The notes below the pieces were generated by a model that saw nothing but the letters and a program-made list of their open reading frames with translations, was not told the origin of the DNA and ran no database searches. The translations under genes were made by a program, and so were the position numbers. Shown piece by piece: positions 52,001-59,263 of a stretch of DNA of 59,263 nt. Location: the NCBI RefSeq assembly GCF_006345805.1, contig NW_021832990.1, positions 1 through 59,263 of the forward strand. The letters are read 5' to 3'. The stretch's first letter is position 1. Every line of letters starts with the position of its first letter. The DNA comes from Octopus sinensis. Lineage: Eukaryota.

Positions 52001-54261
52001 ATCATTTAAGGAAATCAGACAATGATTATTTAAATGTTCTTTAGAGAATGGAAAATCTAGTCCTATTAAAAATATCTCAATATAAAGCTAAAACCGATGA
52101 TGTTAGAGTTTTTAAGCGCAGAAAATAGTAAAGCGTTATCTTCTGACTCAAAAACCATCAAGTCACTCAAAAGAAGTAGTTTGAAACCATATCTAACATC
52201 GTTTGAAATAGAATCATATGAATTCAGCAAAGAGTGGAGGCAGATAAGCAAATTATATCTAATATTTAAGTTTAATGAAAAGTATAAAACCTTTTACTAA
52301 TATCAATTCTTCCAATTCTTTTTAGAAAAGTATAAAATCCTGTGAATAATTCATCGGGGTTCAGAAAATTCCAGATCTAAAAAAGTTTCTAATTACGAAT
52401 AAAATAACTGGAATCGAATAATAAAATTCGAGAAAATAATCAATCTCGTCAATTTCACATTCAAAAAGTCCAACTGACAAATCTCTAACAAATTTGCAAT
52501 TAACGTTCTAAAGTTTTTATCAATTAAATTCATACATTTTCTTCGATACATTTCTTTAGTTCTGAAATAGCACCAAGTCTAGTAGAAAGATTCGAATCAT
52601 AGAAAGCCAAAAATAAAGTTGTCTCTGATTCAACCAAAAAACGATTTTTCATTGAACAGTGCATAGAGAGTTGAGAAAGTTTTCGTTTTGAGTGTTCATT
52701 TTTCTCAACAGAAAAAAGATATCTCCAAACTCATTTTGATAACTAAAAATATTAATAATTCCAATAGTAAAACCATCTTTCAAACATTAAAAGTAATTCT
52801 GAAGCTTCATTTTTCGTATCTGAAGAAACATGTTCATAAACAGACAAGAAATGCCTACAATAGCAAATAAATTTCAAAACTTCATATATTCTTTTTGATG
52901 GTTACAATTAAGAAATGATTCATTGAAAAACGACGATAGAATATTCAGAGAATTTTCGAAATTGAACTCAGAAAAGACCACAGTAACAAGTTTTTTGATA
53001 AAGAGAAAACAAAGACCAGTTACGTTCATTTTGTAAATCGTAATAAGACGATGACCAATGTTTGGTATTTGATACAAAAAGGTGAATATTCTAAAAGTAA
53101 GAGAAAAATTTAAAAAATTAAGAATATATAATTGATTAAATACATATTATCCATTTCTCCGTCTTCCCGTCTCTGAAAGATTATTGATAACAAATTAATA
53201 ATCAAATTAATTTCTGAGTCCTCTTTAGGACAATTCTACGTATTAAGAGCATATTAATAACCGAAGAGACAATAGCATGTGCAAAATTTAGATGTTCACC
53301 CAAATTCAAATATGAAGTATGAGCGATCAGATGCCCAAGAAGCACATAAGATGCATTACGATAGGAGGATGAATCTGAACAAATTCCTTCGTCTATGAAT
53401 GGAATTAATTGGGCAAGAGCAGATTCGATCCTCTTAAATTTCATTTGGCCGAGGGCAGACAGCATTCTTACACATAAAACGAGTAAAAAATATTATTGGA
53501 TGATCCATCCTTGAAATTTAATAAAATTCTAAACCAACCCGACAACGTTCAGATGCGGCTTTGCATAAAAATCCAAAAAAATGAGAATCTCTAGCAAGTC
53601 TAGTAACGACAGCATTCCTCGAAAGAGGACATCCACTTTTCTATTGAATTAAAAATGAAAATAAAATAAAAACTTTTACTTTTTCAAGCCAATACCAATG
53701 TGAGGATTCATCTCCAACTGAAACAACCTGCAATGCTCGTACAAAGGTTTTTGTTTCGTGGTATGGAATGATCATAGAAATGAAATTTTCCTTGTTGAAA
53801 ATGTGAACATAAAATCTAAAAAATTGTATTTTTGTTATTAGATTTTAATTGAGAAAATATTGTTTATATAAACCTGAAAATTAGCCATTCTATAACTTTA
53901 TGGGTGCATTGCAACATAAAATAAGGAGAAAGTTTGCATAAAAATTTATTTATTGTAGAATCTAATTCTTCATTTTCCAAATCGGTTTTAAGCCTTCTGT
54001 CGAAATTTAATTTTTTTTCATTAAATAGTTTCGTATAAAATGGAAAAAAAATCGCATCAATAGTGCACAATTCCTCAATTCCATTTAACCCTTTGATTTT
54101 AAAATCATATAAATACCAATGTTGTATATAACTTCTGGTTCCAACTTAGCTGCTTCAGATGGATCAAATAGAAATGAAACCCTCTGTTTTTCAGCATTAA
54201 AAATGCTCGTTTCTTGTGGTTTGGCTAGCTGTTTTAGTTGTTTTTGAAGGCTTGATTTCAT
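46080..54261 (-). CDS. HEATR1: HEAT repeat protein 1 / U3 snoRNP protein UTP10, many exons; 3' end approximate
   Basis: MKSSLQKQLKQLAKPQ, VSFLFDPSEAA, FLCKLSPYFMLQCTHKVIEWLIFRF, IPYHETKTFVRALQ, KLSESSFRPFF and IVPFVSERIED motifs. Confidence 0.92.
46187..46693. mobile_element. Eroded second copy of the TGT...ACA MITE, inverted relative to copy 1, inside a HEATR1 intron
   Basis: Collinear with the reverse complement of 26979-27582 along its full length; tgtc...gaca ends; aaata duplicated at 46182-46186 and 46694-46698. Confidence 0.9.
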
Positions 54262-54439
54262 TGTCTTGATAATAAAAATTGCAACAAACAAAATAAAGTT
54301 TTTGAATCACGTTAAATTGAATTTTTTATTAATTATAAAGTAAATATATTTAATGAAACATTAATTAATAAAAACTTAATAAAATCTTAGCTATTAATCT
54401 TTAATAAAAATAAAGTTTATTAAAAAAGTTTAATAAGAA

Positions 54440-55098
54440 CTACTATAAAGCATGAGGGAGAAAACATCATGCTGTGGGGCTTTTTTCATCAGCAAACTTC
54501 TTTGAATTATTTGTAATAGATGGAATAATTATTCTCTCAAATATTGCGAAATCCTGGGAAAATGTCTGTTTCGTGTGTTCGCTTAATTAATTTTGACACA
54601 ACAATGGACATTTCAACATGACAAAGAGCCAAAAATAAGTCATATAAGACTGTTTGGAATGAACAAGTTAATCACCAGATTTCAATTTAATCGAACATTT
54701 ATATAAAATCTTAAAAATAAATGTTGGTTTAAGGAAACCGAAAAACATTCACGAATTGGAAACAAATTTATAAAGAATGGGAAAATATTACTCCATTCGA
54801 ATGTCAGAAGCCTATTTATCTTTACAAAAAAATGATTGGAAGCAGTACTACTATCAAAAAGGAGTCCAACTAAATATTAATTTGATTTCGTTCCATGACT
54901 TTTTTCTTCAATAAATTGATTTTTACATATAAATTGCTAAATATTGCAGTATAAATGGCTCAAGTGAGTATAGTTTTTTCAATGATTAATCTAAAATTTT
55001 TTATATTTTTATTTTTTTAAAGTTTTAATATTAATTTCGAGAAGAATTTTTAAATTTAGTCAAAATATGAAAGTGTTCCATGGCTTTTTGCTCCACTG
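54440..55098 (+). mobile_element. Tc1 3' half remnant
   Basis: KHEGENIMLWG, WTFQHD and SPDFNLIEHL motifs; terminal gtgttccatggctttttgctccactg|ta. Confidence 0.8.
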
Positions 55099-56250
55099 TA
55101 TGTTAATTTCCATAAATCCTCCCTGATTCAAATTGTCTGTTTTAATATACGGTCAGACTTTTAATTAGGGAGCGCCTCTAAAAGCCGGATACCTCTTTTT
55201 TCGAAAACTCCGGTTTGAGAATTATAAATTTTTAACAAAATTGTAAAATATCAATTAATTACTCATCATCCAATATAAAGTGATTATTCATCTACCCTGT
55301 AGAAAAATTTGAACCATTAATAATTTGAAAATATAGAAATCCTAAATATGCTTTATTCAGCCCAGATGTAGTCCAGCGCTTCTTGCTAACTAAATGTCAG
55401 GAAAGGATTGGATTGGCGAGAATCAAACGAAATACTCGCCAGAGTTCTTTTAAAAACATTAGACTGTATATAGCTCCTAGAGACTTATATACACCTAACT
55501 GTCTTAAGTAACCTACATGGTATTTTGTGACCAATCAATGTCATGCCATTACACGCGGGAGATAAAAATATTCAATAATGTTATTGATGAATGTTTTGAT
55601 GAAACTAAAAATAATGATCCATATCTCTATGAGAACATAAATGCGAACAATTAATATTACAAATTTTAAGTTTGATGGATAACTGAATGAACAAGTATTG
55701 ATTGGATTCCATATTCTCTTTAAGATTTCTATGAATTCAGAAAGTGTCTTAAGGAATTTAAAATAAACAGAAATATTGAGAAAAATTAACTGATTATTTT
55801 AAAAATAATGTTCTTTTTGTTTATTTATTGCGCTTTTGGAAAAACCTTTATTTTTGGAAACCTTATTGTATTTTATCTATTAACAGTCTAGCTTAAATCA
55901 TGAAAAAATTGAATTATACAAAAACATATTTATTAGAAACAGATCCAAATTGCTTTTACTATATATTTGAACAGTATGTGAAGGTAAAAAAGGCAAGAAC
56001 AAATCTTGTGCAATCAATTCTCTTATCTTTGAAAATACAAAACAAACATGGAAATGACAAAAAACAGTTTCAAGTACATTTAAATGCTCATATTATCTAT
56101 AGTAAACTAAAATTCTATCAAAAATAGTAAACAAAAAAAGGAGTAAGATAAGTCGAAAGAGTCGTCAAATATTCAAAAATTAATAAAAATTTTAATAAAT
56201 TAATCGTTGCAATTTTTTTGATACAAGATATTTCAAAAATATTTTATTGT

Positions 56251-56469
56251 CACTTTTATTAATAAAAGGACTAGAGAAAAATGGTCATTGGCAGATAGCC
56301 AGAGTATTGCCTCTGACTATGGCTATAGATATTCTTTCGGTTAAATACCGGTGCTCACACGGGTCGCCGGTAACCCTTTCGATTAGTGAGCCAATCCGCT
56401 GGAGTGGACTCCGAGTAGAAGGCCCCTGTGTTCCTGACGTCTCAACAGCCAGGGGCACAAACACTCTCC
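56251..56469 (-). mobile_element. 5'-truncated CRE-like non-LTR retrotransposon, copy 4, with 10-bp TSD
   Basis: FVPLAVETSG...ERISIAIVRGN; attttattgt duplicated at 56241-56250 and 56470-56479. Confidence 0.85.
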
Positions 56470-56648
56470 ATTTTATTGTTATTTTTTGATCAAAAATTAT
56501 TATCAATTATTTTCAAAAATATTATAGGAATGTTAAAAATAATATAATTTAATATTTTAATTTAATCAAATTTAAATAATAAAAATACTTATTATTTAAA
56601 TCTATAACGTGCATATCTATTTTGTTGGAGTTGCTTATTGTATTAAAA

Positions 56649-58675
56649 ATGGGACGAAAAAGTCGAGATTTCAGCTTACGTGTTAAAAAGGGCAAAGGAA
56701 AGTCTTCGAAGGTTCAGCCTGATCCTGAACAACTGCTACGGCGTGTTAGACCCGATATATTCAAAAATATCAAAGTTAAAGATCATCGAAGATTGTATTT
56801 AATTTACATAATTTTATTAGATCTAAACGAATTCTTAAAAATGTTGATAAACTCGTCAATAATTCAGCCACTACATTTCCAGGTTTAAAATTCAAACAAT
56901 ATTTTAAAGAAATTCCTGACGTAGAATGTGATGCAAATCCAGTATCTCCTCCTCCAGCCCATAGTCATCCTCAAAGGTACTTTATACTTCTTATTTTTAG
57001 TTGCCTTAAAAAAAGTAACTCAAATATCTCCACTTCTAAGAAGGTGACCTTCAAAGGTATTTTCAAGTTTTTATTTTTAAGATTTGCCTCCACTGAGCGA
57101 CGATGGTGATGATTCCGAAAATGATTCCGCGTTTGATAATTCGGGTTTATTCATAATTAATACATTTTTAGAAAATTTGGACGAAAATGAACAAGTATCA
57201 AATTCTAGTGAAAGTCTGGATAGTGGCTCCGATGATGTTTTGAATTTTTTAAAGTTTTTAGTTGCTTCCGATTGAACGTTTAGCAAAAGAGGAGGAAGAA
57301 AAAGCAGAAGCTGATAAAGTGTTGATGACTATGGACATTGAAGATCAAATGAAGGACGAATGTAAAGAAGTTGACATAATTTTCTATGACGATTCTCAAG
57401 ATGGAAACAATTTATTCAGTATTAATCTTAATTTGTATTTACGAGATGGTGGATTTTCTGATTTGGATGAGTTAAAACGACAAATTACTAACATTATGTA
57501 CGTTCTGGACGATTTTAAAAGGCGTAATCGACTCGACAAGTTTTATCTTGATTTATTACTTTTAGACCCAGGAAAGACTATGTTAATACTTTATTAAAGA
57601 ATTTATGTTTATATTACTCATATAATGAGTTTTTGATGAAGGAACTGATGGATCTTTTCCCCAAAACTGTACTAATTTTCTCACAATTATTTTCAGCTGA
57701 TTGAATTTCTTGAAGCATCTGAAACAAAGCGACAAATGACAATTCGAACAAATACTTTGAAAGCTCGCAGACGAGATCTGGCTCAGGCGTTGATAGCTCG
57801 GGGAGTCAATCTTGATCCGCTTGGTGACTGGTCCTCTGTTGGATTGGTAATTTATGAATCACAAATTCCAATTGGTGCCACTCCTGAATACTTTGCTGGG
57901 CACTATATTATTCAAGGAGCTGCTAGTTTCTTGCCAGTTCTTGCTCTCGATCCAAAACCAAATGAACGGATTCTTGACATGTGTGCTGCTCCTGGTGGCA
58001 AGACAACTTATATATGTTTAACTTAATAAAAATATATGTAGCTGCACTTATGAAGAATTCTGGAGTATTATTTGCTAATGACGTAAACCCGGATCGATGT
58101 CAAGCCGTTGTAGGAAATTTCCATCGTCTTGGAGTTGTTAATGTGATTTTATTGTCTAAAGATGGCCGGAAAATCCCATCTGTATATTTTTATTAGTTTT
58201 AATATTGTTTAAAATGGAAATATTATTCTTTTTAGATGCATCTTAACTTGGATCGTGTTTTGCTTGATGCCCCTTGCAGTGGCACGGGAGTGATATCAAA
58301 CGACCAATCAGTGAAGCAGTCGAGGGACATTAAAGATGTCTTAAGAACGGCACACCTTCAAAAAGAATTGATTTTGGCTGCCATTGACAGTTGTCGTCCT
58401 GGTGGAACAGTTGTTTACTCGACTTGTTCATTATTGGTCTCAGAAAACGAAGATGTTGTTCAATACGCCTTAAACAATCGGAAAGTTCGTCTCGTCTCTA
58501 CTGGTTTGGATTTTGGGGATTCTGGATTTAAGAAGTAGTTTTGTTAAAAAAATTATATTCTATTTTTAGATTCAAGCATTATAAATTCCACCCGTCTATG
58601 TCTTTGACTCGTCGTTATTACCCTCATGTTCATAATGTAGATGGATTCTTTGTTGCTAAATTAGAAAAAATATAA
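56649..58675 (+). CDS. NOP2: 28S rRNA cytosine-C5 methyltransferase NOP2/NSUN1, multi-exon
   Basis: [77 protein letters not shown] and [18 protein letters not shown] motifs. Confidence 0.96.
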
Positions 58676-59263
58676 TTATGATTTTTTTAATTACTGTGTA
58701 TTACATTTTTAAGAGATCTGGTCAGCTTTTTTAGGATTTAGTCCAGTTTTTTCCAACTTTTTGTGCTTTGGTATTTAAAACCAGTGATTTGATAATCTGG
58801 CAATGACCGCTAATTAGTAATTAAAAAATCAGACAAAAAACAAAATACATTTTTTATTAATACCTGATTGATTAAATTCAGAATCTGAATCATTTCCATG
58901 TCAATGGTCTAAATTCACGGTTTGCAGTTTTTGGAGATTTACACTTTATTTGTGAGACATATGTTAAAATATTTGTAGATGTAACTTGTCGTTTCATATC
59001 ATTTTAATTAGTATGGTTTTTCTATTTTAATTTAATACGAATCCATTATTTTGATACATGATAAGATATTTGCCGGTATATTTATACTCGAGTCAATATC
59101 ATTTTCAAATGGTATTCAAATTTTACAGAATTTTTATTAACTGCGTCAACTGTATATTAATTTACAATCTGTTCAGTATCCTTAGTCAAGTGAAGAATCT
59201 TGTTGTGACATAATTAATTTGACGAGATGCGAATTCTTTAGATTCTACAAATCATTCTATCAA

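Noticed and set aside
55150-55900. Possible integrase zinc-binding (Ginger/KRBA2-like) remnant as parent of the MITE
   Set aside because: Only vague motif resemblance in inconsistent order, with no DDE core or TIR seen.
1-59263. Alternative genetic code or stop read-through as the cause of fragmented ORFs
   Set aside because: In the genes examined, in-frame stops fall inside removable GT-AG mini-introns; IFT74 translates fully in the standard code, and both TAA and TGA serve as terminal stops.

Overview
This is AT-rich eukaryotic (animal-like) nuclear DNA in the standard genetic code, not a prokaryotic locus. Genes are densely split by very small spliceosomal introns, mostly 23-35 nt GT-AG, which is why the ORF track looks fragmentary. 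Recognisable genes are IFT74, CCDC124, DDX24, two divergent PICALM/AP180 (ANTH) paralogues, CCDC113, a kinesin-5-like motor, a probable pallidin, COQ10, HEATR1/UTP10 and NOP2, plus one multi-exon orphan. Two cilium genes (IFT74, CCDC113) together with tiny introns suggest a reduced ciliated animal such as a dicyemid or orthonectid; this is inference only. The intergenic space is a nested stack of decayed mobile elements: a bounded Helitron carrying a 16 x 96-bp minisatellite, Tc1, pogo/Tigger, hAT-like, MULE and Merlin remnants, four divergent 5'-truncated CRE-like non-LTR 3' ends, R4-like fragments, a 92-bp poly(A) retroposon, and a TGT...ACA MITE with 5-bp TSDs in two copies. The most interesting signal is the second MITE copy. 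It sits against the splice acceptor of a roughly 870-bp HEATR1 intron and has lost about 100 bp through many scattered micro-deletions, possibly intron re-miniaturisation in progress. No CRISPR array, rRNA or tRNA was recognised. All assignments come from manual reading, translation and recalled motifs; no database searches were run.
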